DNA of 64,000 bases from an uncultured Chloroflexia bacterium (GTDB lineage: Bacteria; Chloroflexota; Ktedonobacteria; Ktedonobacterales; Ktedonobacteraceae), in NCBI GenBank assembly GCA_963802635.1, contig CAWDJJ010000003.1, positions 636,553 to 700,552 of the forward strand, given 5' to 3'. The position numbers and the translations under genes are program-made. Positions 1-9,811 of this stretch are shown here, piece after piece. Each line of letters begins with the position of its first letter. Position 1 is the stretch's first letter. The notes under the pieces are model-generated. The model had not been told where the DNA came from. It saw only the letters and a list, made by a program, of their open reading frames with translations, and did not search any database.

Positions 1-97
1 TTAAGCAAACAAAGAAAATAGTGCTCATCTTAAACACATTCTCAGAGTCCAGCCAAAAACAGGCCCATCCAGCCGGGTCGGAACACACGGGGGAAAC

Positions 98-1363
98 ATG
101 AACACAGACAGCGTTTTGTCCGGTAATCTGAAAGACTTTGGCCTGGTAGAAATTCTGCAAATAGTAGAAATGGGAGCGATGACTGGTGCCATTCACCTGA
201 AGGGTATAAATGGACGCCTGGGTATCCTCTACTTCAACGAAGGAAAACTCGCGAACTGTTCCGAGGTCTACCTCGGCGCACTGACCTTAGGGGATGTGCT
301 CCAGCAATTGGGCATGACAACTTACCAACAGATCGAGGAAGCCTTCGCGCGACAATTGCAAGATCCACTGGGCAAACGCATCGGTGAACGCCTGATAATG
401 ATGGGGGCCATTAGCGATCAGCAGTTGCACGAGGCACTACGTACGAAAGCGCTCTGGACAGCACGCGAATTGTCATTGTGGCAAGAGGGGACATACGAAT
501 TCATCGCCAGCCCAAATCTACAGAAGCTCATCCCTTATGGCGAGGCATCACTGGATATTGAGGTGGTACGGGCAACAATGGAAATGGTACGCTACGGTGA
601 TGAGTGGCAAGCAATGGGAAAATTTCTTCCAGAGGGTGTCCATACGACATTACGCCTATCGCCTGCTATTCCTTATACTATGCGTTTTGATATGCGCACG
701 CTGGAATTGTTCACCCACATAAATTTATATCGCAAAATACGACGCATTGCGACCGCGTTGCGGCAGCCAGAAATCGAAGTGGCACGTAACATAGCACAGC
801 TAGTGCAGCAGAAATTCCTCCTGCCAGTTTTTCAGGAAATAACGCCGAACATAAATGGACACAAAATGCGCCTTCCCGATCCTGCTGAGCGATTACGCAT
901 GGAGAACTTTGAGTTATTAGACTTGATCAGCCGCATGGAGCAGGAATGGGAAAAGCGGCACACGCCCATGGAACAGTTACCAGCCCTGGTCGATTTTATC
1001 AATTGGACGATGGATGCACTACATGAAACCTGCTGCAACAATGGTATCGCGCTGGACGCCAATACCCTGCACTCGCTGATGGTAAACGAAAATCTCTGGC
1101 ACATGGGCAATTATGAGTTCCGCGTTGATCAGAATCATATCGATGTCACCAGTTTCACTGCGCTCTGTAATGATGTCTTAAGTGGCAACATCAAAGAGGC
1201 AGCAGGCTTTTATGATGAAGCCTCAATGGTACTTCAGCGTTTGCTCTGCTGCATTTTTGAGATGATCAATGCACGCATCGCTAATCCTCGCGAACGCCTG
1301 GAAAACCAGGAGGTGTGGGAGGCCATGTTCGAGCAATTTGCCTTACAGCGTAGCGAAGCCTGA
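98..1363 (+). CDS. DUF4388 (PATAN-like) domain protein
   Basis: 421-aa ORF; N-terminal 'GNLKDFGLVEILQIVEMGAMTGAIHL' resembles the DUF4388 signature; hairpin terminator follows. Confidence 0.55.
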   Translation: MNTDSVLSGNLKDFGLVEILQIVEMGAMTGAIHLKGINGRLGILYFNEGKLANCSEVYLGALTLGDVLQQLGMTTYQQIEEAFARQLQDPLGKRIGERLIMMGAISDQQLHEALRTKALWTARELSLWQEGTYEFIASPNLQKLIPYGEASLDIEVVRATMEMVRYGDEWQAMGKFLPEGVHTTLRLSPAIPYTMRFDMRTLELFTHINLYRKIRRIATALRQPEIEVARNIAQLVQQKFLLPVFQEITPNINGHKMRLPDPAERLRMENFELLDLISRMEQEWEKRHTPMEQLPALVDFINWTMDALHETCCNNGIALDANTLHSLMVNENLWHMGNYEFRVDQNHIDVTSFTALCNDVLSGNIKEAAGFYDEASMVLQRLLCCIFEMINARIANPRERLENQEVWEAMFEQFALQRSEA

Positions 1364-1384
1364 CACCCATATGCATGCAGACAG

Positions 1385-1419
1385 AAAAGAGATACGTTCG
1401 CGTGGGACGTATCTCTTTT
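1385..1419. terminator. bidirectional hairpin terminator (13-bp perfect stem aaaagagatacgt/acgtatctctttt)
   Basis: perfect inverted repeat between convergent genes ending at 1363 (+) and 1440 (-). Confidence 0.5.
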
Positions 1420-1439
1420 CTGTGATTAAAGAATGTCGA

Positions 1440-1733
1440 TCAAGCTGATTCTATAGTCGGATCACTACTTGGAACGGGAGCCTCCTGGCTAGTCGCCGGA
1501 GGAGTGGCCTCCGCGTAATCACCCTCTTGCGCTGGACGCTTGAAGGTGTAATATGCCGAGTTAGCGGTCAGCGGCTGGACCGTCACCAGCTCCCAACCGT
1601 CATGGCCTAGGCCATTTAGATAACGACGCGCAAAAGTGCTGCGTCGTTCGTTGCCAATCAGGGTCTCAACGCCTTCACAAGAGATGCGCCCGCGAAAATC
1701 AATGTAGACAACCTTGTATGCCCACTGCCCCAT
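1440..1733 (-). CDS. DUF4177-like small protein
   Basis: 97-aa ORF starting 'MGQWAYKVVYIDF', typical of the DUF4177 family; Pro/Ser-rich tail. Confidence 0.5.
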   Translation of the reverse strand: MGQWAYKVVYIDFRGRISCEGVETLIGNERRSTFARRYLNGLGHDGWELVTVQPLTANSAYYTFKRPAQEGDYAEATPPATSQEAPVPSSDPTIESA

Positions 1734-2094
1734 GGCGTACTCCTTCCTGGTGCATGATCAATTGATCTTTTTCTCATTTGTGCCACGCGAGTTCCCACCA
1801 GTATAGTACCATCAACGCCATATCCGATAGCGTCTCACGCTGAGCAGTCTTTCTCCGAGTAGCTGAGAGCACCTGACCTCGCTTACAGGCGCTGCCCCCG
1901 AGAACAAAACGCTACACGCACAACTGATTCGACACCGGGTTCCACAATCGGTGTCCTCCAGTTGCAGGTACCATACTGGCAGTTCCTCTGCACAAGTAGA
2001 GTATAGTCGCCAGCACGACGAATAGTACCGCTATTTCCAACAGTTTTTGCAACAGCAGAAACTACCTGGAACATACCTGTCTATTTCTACAGGT

Positions 2095-2131
2095 TATACC
2101 CATATTTCTCATCTGAATGCAAGGTAATATA
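2095..2131. repeat. MITE-family minimal copy (ends fused: tataccc|atatttctcatctgaatgcaaggtaatata)
   Basis: shares both terminal motifs with the full copies at 12.9, 21.4, 47.96 and 55.55 kb. Confidence 0.6.
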
Positions 2132-2133
2132 AG

Positions 2134-2637
2134 TTATTTCTGCTTCGCCTGCCGCTCCTGTGCTTCATCAATCAAACTTACCAGATACTGGAGTTTCTTG
2201 ATGGTATGCTCCACATTGCGCTTGTTGCGCTCGTAGCCATCAGGGGCAAGTTGCTGAAACCAGGAATGGATATCTTCTTCAGAGATATCAAACCATTTAG
2301 CATCAGCTTGTAAACGCAAATAGACGCGCATCTGTGGGTCTTGTTTTTTGCGTAGCGGCTCCGGCTGCGTTTGAACCTCGCTAGCACTCTCACGCTCATC
2401 GACGGCAACCGCCTCTGCGATTTCAGTTGTCGGGTGCAATTCGTTATATAAAGCTTCGACATCTCCCGTACGGAAGAAAGCTTCACGACCAACGCCGCGA
2501 TGTGTCTTGATACGTCCTTCTTTGACCCAGGTATCAAGCGTCACACGGTCCACTCCTAAGCGCCGCGCCGTTTCTCCCGCATCCAAAAAAGCGAAGCGTC
2601 CCGCTGGCTTATTCAGCATTGTTTTTATCTCTTTCAC
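2134..2637 (-). CDS. helix-turn-helix (MerR/excisionase-type) DNA-binding protein
   Basis: 'RRLGVDRVTLDTWVKEGRI' HTH near the N-terminus; 167 aa. Confidence 0.5.
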   Translation of the reverse strand: MKEIKTMLNKPAGRFAFLDAGETARRLGVDRVTLDTWVKEGRIKTHRGVGREAFFRTGDVEALYNELHPTTEIAEAVAVDERESASEVQTQPEPLRKKQDPQMRVYLRLQADAKWFDISEEDIHSWFQQLAPDGYERNKRNVEHTIKKLQYLVSLIDEAQERQAKQK

Positions 2638-3165
2638 ACACGTTTCTTTCTGGAAGCCCCGCGTTTTTAAAGCGGGGATGAAAGAAAGACTGCCCGCAGG
2701 CAGCTTCTTCCATTCTTGTCAATAGGACCTCTTTCCTTTCTTTTGCATCCATACACGCATTCTGCTATCCTCCTTATGAGGCTTAGGCACTCTGGTTCGC
2801 CAGAGAGAGACAGTTCGCCTCAGAGTCCCTCTTCAACAGAAGAGAGGCGTTCCAGGCAAGAACCGATGCCTGGGGAACATGGTCGACGTCACAAGAACGC
2901 TCGTTATCCGGTATATCTGGATGACGACGGGGCAGTTGCCCCATTGCCCCTCAAGAGCATGGATGTATCGGTCGTTGAAGCCAAAGCTGCACGCCTGAAA
3001 CGGTTTGCAGAGTTGCGGTGGAGGCCAGATACAAGCCTCTGGTCTTCAGACCAAGAGGTAACTGACTCAATAGTAACGCACTTAGCATCTGTGTGTCTGC
3101 TCACGCAGGGAGGACCCTACGCGATCATCTATGTTAGCTTCGCTCTATTATTCTGCACTCCCATG

Positions 3166-3747
3166 CTAGTGGCGACGATAAAAGAGCAAGAGCGTGCTGC
3201 CATAGCGCCGCTCGTCGGTGAGTTCCAGTTGCTGGCAAGCCACAGCCAGTAGACCGGAGCGCTCTTTCGGATGAATCTGTACAATGACCAGCGCATCCTC
3301 CGTCATCAAAGCAGAACTATCCACCAGAGCCAGCGCACGGGCAGCCAATTCTTCGTACTGTGGTGGTGCAATATAGATGATATGGTATATGCTGCCTGCG
3401 TTATCCACGAGAACTGGTGCACCCTGGCGCGCCTGTAAGAACTTAAAAGAGTCGCCGTGGATGACATCTGCGCGCTCGGTGAGGCCAGTAATGTGCAGAT
3501 TTTCGCGCACCAACTTCACGATCTTATGGTTCATCTCAATAAAAGTTGCATGCTGTGCTCCACGGCTCAAAGCCTCAATACCAACACCCCCCGTACCCGC
3601 GAACAGATCCAGGAAACGCGCAGCATCTACCTCAGCCGAGATAATATCAAAGAGCGCAGTCTTCACACGGTCCATAATCGGACGCGTGCCTACGGTCTTG
3701 GGCGACTTTAAGCGACGCCCCTTCGCCTCACCTGTTACCACGCGCAT
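3166..3747 (-). CDS. rsmD: 16S rRNA (guanine966-N2)-methyltransferase RsmD
   Basis: 'LDLFAGTGGVGIEALSRGA' SAM-binding motif and 'IIYIAPPQY' (D/N-PP-Y) motif; start set at MRVVTGEAKGRR rather than the upstream track M. Confidence 0.8.
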   Translation of the reverse strand: MRVVTGEAKGRRLKSPKTVGTRPIMDRVKTALFDIISAEVDAARFLDLFAGTGGVGIEALSRGAQHATFIEMNHKIVKLVRENLHITGLTERADVIHGDSFKFLQARQGAPVLVDNAGSIYHIIYIAPPQYEELAARALALVDSSALMTEDALVIVQIHPKERSGLLAVACQQLELTDERRYGSTLLLFYRRH

Positions 3748-4930
3748 AGTGTTCCTCCTCCAGAACAACCAGTACAGCATCTACTTCTTCAACAAAGTAG
3801 TCCTGCTTAGCCCAGGAGATCAATGCCTCTACCTGATCAACTTTGAGCTTTTTCAGTGCCGAAATGCCCCATATGCCCTGAGCAACTGCTTGCAATTGCT
3901 CTTCAGAGATCTGCGAAATCGCCACCGTATTCAGCACTTGCAAACGCTTCGGACTAGCAATGGCAGCACCCTGAGATTCGCGCAAGGCATTGATCATGGT
4001 CCGCGCCTGCTCCAATAATTGTGGACTCACATTATCAGCCAGTCGAGCAAAATCTTCCACCTCTTCCAGGGCATCGTCCTCATCCGGGCTGATCTCTTCA
4101 TTGAAGCCATAGGCAGGACGTGCCTCCCGCATGCGCCCGGCATCTGTTCCAGGCTCATGTACTGCCTCCGCCTGGAAAGCCGAATCGTTCGCATGCACCA
4201 CTACAGCATTAGAGATGGGAATAGGCGCTGGCGGAGTTTCCTCAGCGCTCGGATCTGTTGGCACCGTAGCAGTACCGTCCCTGGGAGCAAGAGACATCAG
4301 ATGCTCCAACGCTTCACGCAGATTAATGCCAGTCGAGAGAGACTTGACCTTCAAGAGTTCCATCGCCTGCTTGGGAGTCAGATCCAGATTTTCTTTGATG
4401 TACTGAATGAATTCAGGGAGCGAAAGAGTGCTACTCGTATCGCCACTCGTTGGACCCAGAGTAAGGGGCATGCTAGCACCAACATTCGGACGGGTCGGAG
4501 GCAGTGTAGCGGCGGCACTACCCGCCGTGGCTTGCTCAAGTTCACCAGCATCGCCTCCAGCCGTAGATGGCTGAGGAGCAGTCAACGGTGCAGGTGTAGA
4601 AGCAGGTCTGGTATGCGTGTTTGCCGACCGCTGTGGCGGGGCTGGTCTTGTCCCTGGTACAGGAACTGGAGCAGTCTGAGCATTGTGCGCCAATTGCGGC
4701 ACACGCTGCTCCACGTGGTTTACCAACTGACGCATACCAACTTCAGCCTCGCAGAAGAGCTGCTCACGCGTCTCTGCAGTCGCCCCCAATGGTACAGGGA
4801 TACTCATTTCAATCGTATGAGTACGACCATCTTTTGTATATTGAGTCGCGTAGCGCAACCAGATATATGGACCGGTCTCACTCAAATTATTCACCTTCCC
4901 TATGAAATGACGTGACCTGATTTCTTGCAA
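3728..4930 (-). CDS. hypothetical protein with Pro/Thr/Ala-rich central linker
   Basis: 400-aa ORF with plausible N- and C-terminal halves joined by a low-complexity 'PAPPQRSANTHTRPASTPAPLTAPQPS' stretch; overlaps the rsmD start by about 20 bp. Confidence 0.5.
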   Translation of the reverse strand: MQEIRSRHFIGKVNNLSETGPYIWLRYATQYTKDGRTHTIEMSIPVPLGATAETREQLFCEAEVGMRQLVNHVEQRVPQLAHNAQTAPVPVPGTRPAPPQRSANTHTRPASTPAPLTAPQPSTAGGDAGELEQATAGSAAATLPPTRPNVGASMPLTLGPTSGDTSSTLSLPEFIQYIKENLDLTPKQAMELLKVKSLSTGINLREALEHLMSLAPRDGTATVPTDPSAEETPPAPIPISNAVVVHANDSAFQAEAVHEPGTDAGRMREARPAYGFNEEISPDEDDALEEVEDFARLADNVSPQLLEQARTMINALRESQGAAIASPKRLQVLNTVAISQISEEQLQAVAQGIWGISALKKLKVDQVEALISWAKQDYFVEEVDAVLVVLEEEHYARGNR

Positions 4931-5328
4931 CCAACGCCACCTGCGCTTGAAGTATGAGTATGTCGATTATGTAATAGCAAATCTTGCTACCCATATGCAT
5001 TTATTTAGAAGAGATGTGCTCACAGCAGCGTCCAGCTAAAGAAACAACGCTGCAAAGGCAAGGACACTACATGCGAATGGTTGCGCTAGCAACTACGCCC
5101 CCTATTATACCAAATTGGGTGCACCCCTGTCTGGTTAATTGAAGTAAAATATCTTGCCAAACGATGATATCTAGTGTATGGTAGAAGAATAAGAATATTG
5201 ACCTACTGAAATTACCTGTATCGGATTGTAACCGCTTACCCGTTGTAAAACATGAGCAATACATACAAACAAGATCCGTTTTGTTATTAGCCAGCTATTC
5301 TGTTCGAGAAAGTTGAGATGAGAGACTG

Positions 5329-5985
5329 ATGATTAGCCCTTCACCTACTCGACCACCAGCGACACAACCGCCAGAGGAAGTCAAAATAGTACGGACAGCA
5401 ACCACAAGAGTCAGACCCGGGCAAACGCCAACAGCCCTTACGATTAAAGCTATTTTCCGTCCTATCATTAAAGTGTTTTACTATATCATTACGGCAATCA
5501 AGAAGTACAAACTCATCACGTTGGGGGTAATTGTACTCCTTCTGGCGAGTATCGCAGCTACAACTTTTCTCACCACTGGCCAGCTTCCGCTAGGCATCGC
5601 CAGTGATCCCTTCAATTTCCACATCAATGGTGGCGATGGAGGCGGTAGCACGGTCAAAAACTGGCTGTATGCGTTGCGCTCGGGGAATGTGACTCAGTTA
5701 GAGTACCTGGATAAAAATATCTCATCGCCACCAGATGTCAGTACACTCGTTAGCACCTATAGCCAGGCAAAATCGAACTTCACCTGGAAAGCTATACATG
5801 TCGTGGGAGCCTATCAAGAGTCTGATACGACGGTGGACAGCTTCATACAGGTTGATCTCTCTGCCGATGGACCAGGCGGACCCACGACAGGATACCTGTT
5901 GTGGCATTTCGTTACCTACACGTCGGGAACAAACAATATTCTCGTAGAAGTGGCGCTTGTAGATAATCGCCCTAATGAGTCATAG
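5329..5985 (+). CDS. hypothetical membrane-anchored protein
   Basis: 218 aa; single TM 'LITLGVIVLLLASIAATTFL' after a Pro-rich N-terminus. Confidence 0.45.
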   Translation: MISPSPTRPPATQPPEEVKIVRTATTRVRPGQTPTALTIKAIFRPIIKVFYYIITAIKKYKLITLGVIVLLLASIAATTFLTTGQLPLGIASDPFNFHINGGDGGGSTVKNWLYALRSGNVTQLEYLDKNISSPPDVSTLVSTYSQAKSNFTWKAIHVVGAYQESDTTVDSFIQVDLSADGPGGPTTGYLLWHFVTYTSGTNNILVEVALVDNRPNES

Positions 5986-5993
5986 CTGCACGT

Positions 5994-6026
5994 TATATTG
6001 CCTTGCATTCAGATGCATATGGGTAT
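5994..6026. repeat. MITE-family minimal copy (reverse orientation)
   Basis: tatattgccttgcattcagatgcatatgggtat. Confidence 0.55.
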
Positions 6027-6063
6027 CTAGGAACAACGCAGCGCAAGATATTTCCCTCTGCTA

Positions 6064-7962
6064 GTGGAAGGAACAAGTACCATGCCACAACAAGCAAGCA
6101 TGAAAGATAGGAACGAACTGGATAGATCCATAGATCAGGGTATGGACCAGTTCGGGCGCTTTCTCAGGAGCTTCTGGATCTGGATCGTCCTGGTTATCTT
6201 CCTGATCCTTTTCTTTACATCAACCATCCATATAGGCAATCTCAACCCAGGCACCATTCTGGCTTACGCCTTCGAGATAGTCTTCGCCATTTTGTTTGCC
6301 ATCATGCAATTCGTGGCTATCTTCTGGTTCATGGGTCGTCCGCGACTCTACTGGGTAATGCCGGGCGAAACCGGTGTCAAGTTTGAAGACTACAAAGGCA
6401 ACCCGGAAGTCCTTGAGGCAGCGCGGCGTATCGTGACACTCCTCCAGGGCAACGAAAACTTTAAAGAGATGGGCGGTCAGCCGGTCCGTGGTTTGCTGCT
6501 TTCCGGCCCTCCAGGCACAGGTAAGAGCTACCTGGCACAATGCATGAGTACAGAGGCCGGTGTGCCTTTCGCGTATGCCAGCGCAGCCAGCTTCCGCGCG
6601 ATGTTTGTGGGTATGGACGTGTTGATGATGAAGAGGCTGTACGGGAAAGCACGCAAGCTCGCTCGTGAATACGGCGCGTGCGTCATATTCATGGACGAAA
6701 TCGATGCTATTGGCGGCTCACGCGGCGGACGCAATGGCACAATGGGCATGGGTATGGGTATGGGTATGGGCATGATGGGCGGCGGCACCGGTGGGCTGAA
6801 CGAATTGCTGATGCAGATGGACCCACCAAATATTGAGACCGGATGGTTCAAGAAGATCTTGCGCACACTCGGCCTCGTACATAGCCGTGTACAGTCCCAA
6901 CCGGTGCTCACCGTTGGCGCAACCAACTTGCCCGAAGCGCTCGACCCCGCACTGCTGCGTCCAGGACGCTTTGACCGCCAGATCAAGGTTGCAGCACCAA
7001 CCGATAAATATCGTCCCGAGGTTATCGAGTACTACCTCAACAAGGTCGAACACGAGCCAAATATCTCTATCGCCACATTGTCCGCACGCCTGGTACGATA
7101 TACACCAGTCGCTATCAAACACGTTGTCAATGAAGCTGTGATCATCGCCCACTTCGATAATCGCGAAAAGATCACCTATCGCGATCTGGTCGAAGCGCAG
7201 GACGTGCACGAATATGGCATGCGCCAGTTAAGTGAGTTGACCGCAGTCGACCGTCGTCGCCTCGCTTACCATGAAGCTGGACATGCAGTAGCCTGTTACT
7301 ACCTGATGGACCGCTACTTCCCAGCTTTTGTGACCATCCACCAGCATGGTGAATTGGAAGGTGCAGCAGGCTTTGCCTCCTGGAGACAAAAAGAGGCTAT
7401 CAAGACGTTGTCCCGGGAAGATATTCTCGCGCGCATCCAGGTTGGATTAGCCTCACGTGCCGCTGAAGAGATTTTCCTCAACTTACAAATGAGCGGCGTC
7501 TCCGGCGACTTTGAGGGTGCAACTCAGCAAGCGGCTGCCTATATCGGCATCTATGGCATGGATGGTACACTTACGTCCATCGCAGCCTTTAGCAATGGCC
7601 TTGGCGGTGGCAGCATACCCAGATTCACAGAACGCGTGGAAGAATTGCTGCAATCTCAAATGCGAGCTGTCAAGCAACTCTTGCTGGAACACTACGAGGC
7701 AGTTATAGCGCTGGCTGAAGCATTGATCGAGCGAGATGAACTGGTGACAGAGGAGATTAAACAACTCATCGACGAGGCCGATGCTAGAACGGCTGCTAAA
7801 AAGATCTTCAGCGAGTTTACTCCACTCCTGGAAGCTGGCAACCACGGCAACGGACACAATGGTGGCTCAGGCTATCTACCAGAGCCACGGGTCGATACAC
7901 CAACGTTTAATAGCGATGTGCCCAACCAGGATTTCCCACTGAACTCCAAAGACACATACTAA
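6064..7962 (+). CDS. ftsH: FtsH-family AAA+ zinc metalloprotease paralog
   Basis: two N-terminal TM segments; Walker A 'GPPGTGKS', Walker B 'VIFMDEIDA', SRH 'ATNLPEALDPALLRPGRFDRQI', zinc motif 'HEAGH'; Gly/Met-repeat insertion in the AAA loop. Confidence 0.8.
   Translation: MEGTSTMPQQASMKDRNELDRSIDQGMDQFGRFLRSFWIWIVLVIFLILFFTSTIHIGNLNPGTILAYAFEIVFAILFAIMQFVAIFWFMGRPRLYWVMPGETGVKFEDYKGNPEVLEAARRIVTLLQGNENFKEMGGQPVRGLLLSGPPGTGKSYLAQCMSTEAGVPFAYASAASFRAMFVGMDVLMMKRLYGKARKLAREYGACVIFMDEIDAIGGSRGGRNGTMGMGMGMGMGMMGGGTGGLNELLMQMDPPNIETGWFKKILRTLGLVHSRVQSQPVLTVGATNLPEALDPALLRPGRFDRQIKVAAPTDKYRPEVIEYYLNKVEHEPNISIATLSARLVRYTPVAIKHVVNEAVIIAHFDNREKITYRDLVEAQDVHEYGMRQLSELTAVDRRRLAYHEAGHAVACYYLMDRYFPAFVTIHQHGELEGAAGFASWRQKEAIKTLSREDILARIQVGLASRAAEEIFLNLQMSGVSGDFEGATQQAAAYIGIYGMDGTLTSIAAFSNGLGGGSIPRFTERVEELLQSQMRAVKQLLLEHYEAVIALAEALIERDELVTEEIKQLIDEADARTAAKKIFSEFTPLLEAGNHGNGHNGGSGYLPEPRVDTPTFNSDVPNQDFPLNSKDTY
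6742..6780 (+). repeat. coding microsatellite (ATGGGY)n, giving GMGMGMGMGMGMMGG in the FtsH paralog
   Basis: atgggcatgggtatgggtatgggtatgggcatgatgggc, in frame. Confidence 0.8.
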
Positions 7963-7985
7963 ATAAGCCATATATGTGAGATTGA

Positions 7986-8016
7986 GAGGCATCCGTTTCC
8001 TGGATGCCTCTTTTTA
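7986..8016 (+). terminator. rho-independent terminator (gaggcatcc-N7-ggatgcctc + TTTTT)
   Basis: 9-bp perfect stem then T-run right after the FtsH stop; shows the next ORF's track start is too far upstream. Confidence 0.7.
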
Positions 8017-8029
8017 TAGAGAAAGACAT

Positions 8030-9589
8030 ATGAGTTCTACGACAACCGAAACAAACACATCTCATAATAGCAATACACATAGAGCATTCATCACGCAAAA
8101 TCCTCGCAGGTACATTATACTGGTATACGTTGTCGCGCTAGCGTTGCTGGTCGCCGCAATCTGGATGCGCCTCCACACACTATATGTGCTATTTGACCGT
8201 GACTCTTATGACGAGGGCGTCTACTGGCAATCGCTGCGAGCAATGAGTACGGGAGATGGACTCTATCAGCAGATCTTCTACTCGCAGCCCCCGTTTTTTC
8301 TGTTATCAATCTTTCCTATCTACCAGTTCTTCGGTCAGAGTATCTGGGCTGCCCGTCTGGGGATTGTGATCATTTCACTCGTCGGCCTGCCAGGGGCATT
8401 TTTGCTGGGGAAAGCGTTACGTGGATACAGCGGGGCTATCACCGCGCTCCTTTTGCTCATAGTTGCACCAATCTATCTGGCAGAATCACAGATCTTGCAA
8501 GCGGACGCACCTTCTGCCGCCTTATCGATGTTAGCAGTAGCGCTGGCCTATTTGTGGTGGGAACACCCGGAAGGTCTGACTGGATGCGGTCTGGCCGCTT
8601 CGACAACCTTTACCCTGGCGTTGGGTATCTTTAGCAAGCTGCTAGTTGTCACAGCGATAGTGCCAGTTGGCCTGCTGGCGCTAGTCCATCTCTGGAGGAT
8701 TACCCATCAGCCAGCAGGCACACGTCTGAAAGCTGCACGTTCTCTACTAGTTGGTAGCGCAATCTTTATTATTGTTACAGTGCTCATTTTCTTGCCCTTC
8801 ATAGGCAGCTTCTCAGCGCTGTGGAGCGACATGGTCACATTTCATACCGTTGCCAGCAGCGTCTTCCGTGCAGAACACACTGGCAATACCGCGACACTAC
8901 GACATTTTCTCTTCACTACACCACTTACCTATCTCGCATGTTTCTCCAGCATTGTCGCGCTCTTACGCAGAGACTGGCGAGTTATTCCATTGTTTGCCTG
9001 GCTGATCGCAACGGCCATCCTGGTCTGGCAACAGACACCACTCTTCCAACACCATCTGGTAGCTCTTTTGCCACCATTGGTGGCCCTCGCGATCATGGGG
9101 ATTGGACCTATCACATGGACGAGACAGCGCAGTGCCATGCTCCAGAATAGTATCGTCGCACTCACCGTTGTATTGATGCTAGCCACCACGCTCATCAATA
9201 TCGAGCAAATACGCATCTTTTATAGAGGCATTGAGGCGCAAGCCAACTCAGTAAACACACAAGTAGAGCTACAAGTGGTGCGTGACCTGCAACAGAGCAT
9301 CCAGCCCCAGCAGCAGGTGATTACCGATGCGCAATTCCTGGCAGCACAGGCTGGACGCGCTACACCGCCCTCTCTGGTCGATACATCAACGGTGCGCATC
9401 GATTCTGGCTATGTGACCAGCGCACAACTGATTCAGGCCGCCGAGCAGCCACAGGTACAGGCCGTGCTCTTTTATACAGATCGCCTCGTTACCCAGAAAG
9501 CATTCTATACCTGGGTAAGTCAACATTTTCGTCTTGTCCATACGTATGGCAAAGACCAGGGGCTATGGGTTAAAGTGGACCACCGCTGA
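8030..9589 (+). CDS. GT-C family glycosyltransferase (PMT_2/ArnT-like, GT39/GT83-type) membrane protein
   Basis: multi-pass membrane protein; the N-terminal 'YDEGVYWQSLRAMS...QPPFF' region resembles dolichyl-phosphate-mannose/ArnT-type transferases; start moved to the ATG after the terminator. Confidence 0.55.
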   Translation: MSSTTTETNTSHNSNTHRAFITQNPRRYIILVYVVALALLVAAIWMRLHTLYVLFDRDSYDEGVYWQSLRAMSTGDGLYQQIFYSQPPFFLLSIFPIYQFFGQSIWAARLGIVIISLVGLPGAFLLGKALRGYSGAITALLLLIVAPIYLAESQILQADAPSAALSMLAVALAYLWWEHPEGLTGCGLAASTTFTLALGIFSKLLVVTAIVPVGLLALVHLWRITHQPAGTRLKAARSLLVGSAIFIIVTVLIFLPFIGSFSALWSDMVTFHTVASSVFRAEHTGNTATLRHFLFTTPLTYLACFSSIVALLRRDWRVIPLFAWLIATAILVWQQTPLFQHHLVALLPPLVALAIMGIGPITWTRQRSAMLQNSIVALTVVLMLATTLINIEQIRIFYRGIEAQANSVNTQVELQVVRDLQQSIQPQQQVITDAQFLAAQAGRATPPSLVDTSTVRIDSGYVTSAQLIQAAEQPQVQAVLFYTDRLVTQKAFYTWVSQHFRLVHTYGKDQGLWVKVDHR

Positions 9590-9811
9590 GCTGAAAGACT
9601 CAAAAGATGATAACTCACTTCCAGGATCTACTGCCCTCTATCATTTTTCTACCCTTTTCATTTGCATTATGCTATGATGTGTTTGGAAACATGAACACAG
9701 TAGACTCCAATGAAATTTTAACTGATACAGACTGAAAAGCCGTCACTTTTCATGGAGAAGCGGTGCAGAAATCATGCAGAAGTCAGGCGGAATGTGTGAA
9801 GGAGTAGAGCA

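Noticed and set aside
2716-3252. 178-aa ORF overlapping the 3' end of rsmD
   Set aside because: Low-complexity Ser/Pro/Arg start and an 87-bp antisense overlap with a confident gene. No RBS. Kept only as a possibility.
6742-6780. Possible CRISPR or short tandem array
   Set aside because: 6-bp in-frame coding microsatellite inside ftsH, with no spacers. No CRISPR arrays anywhere in the window.
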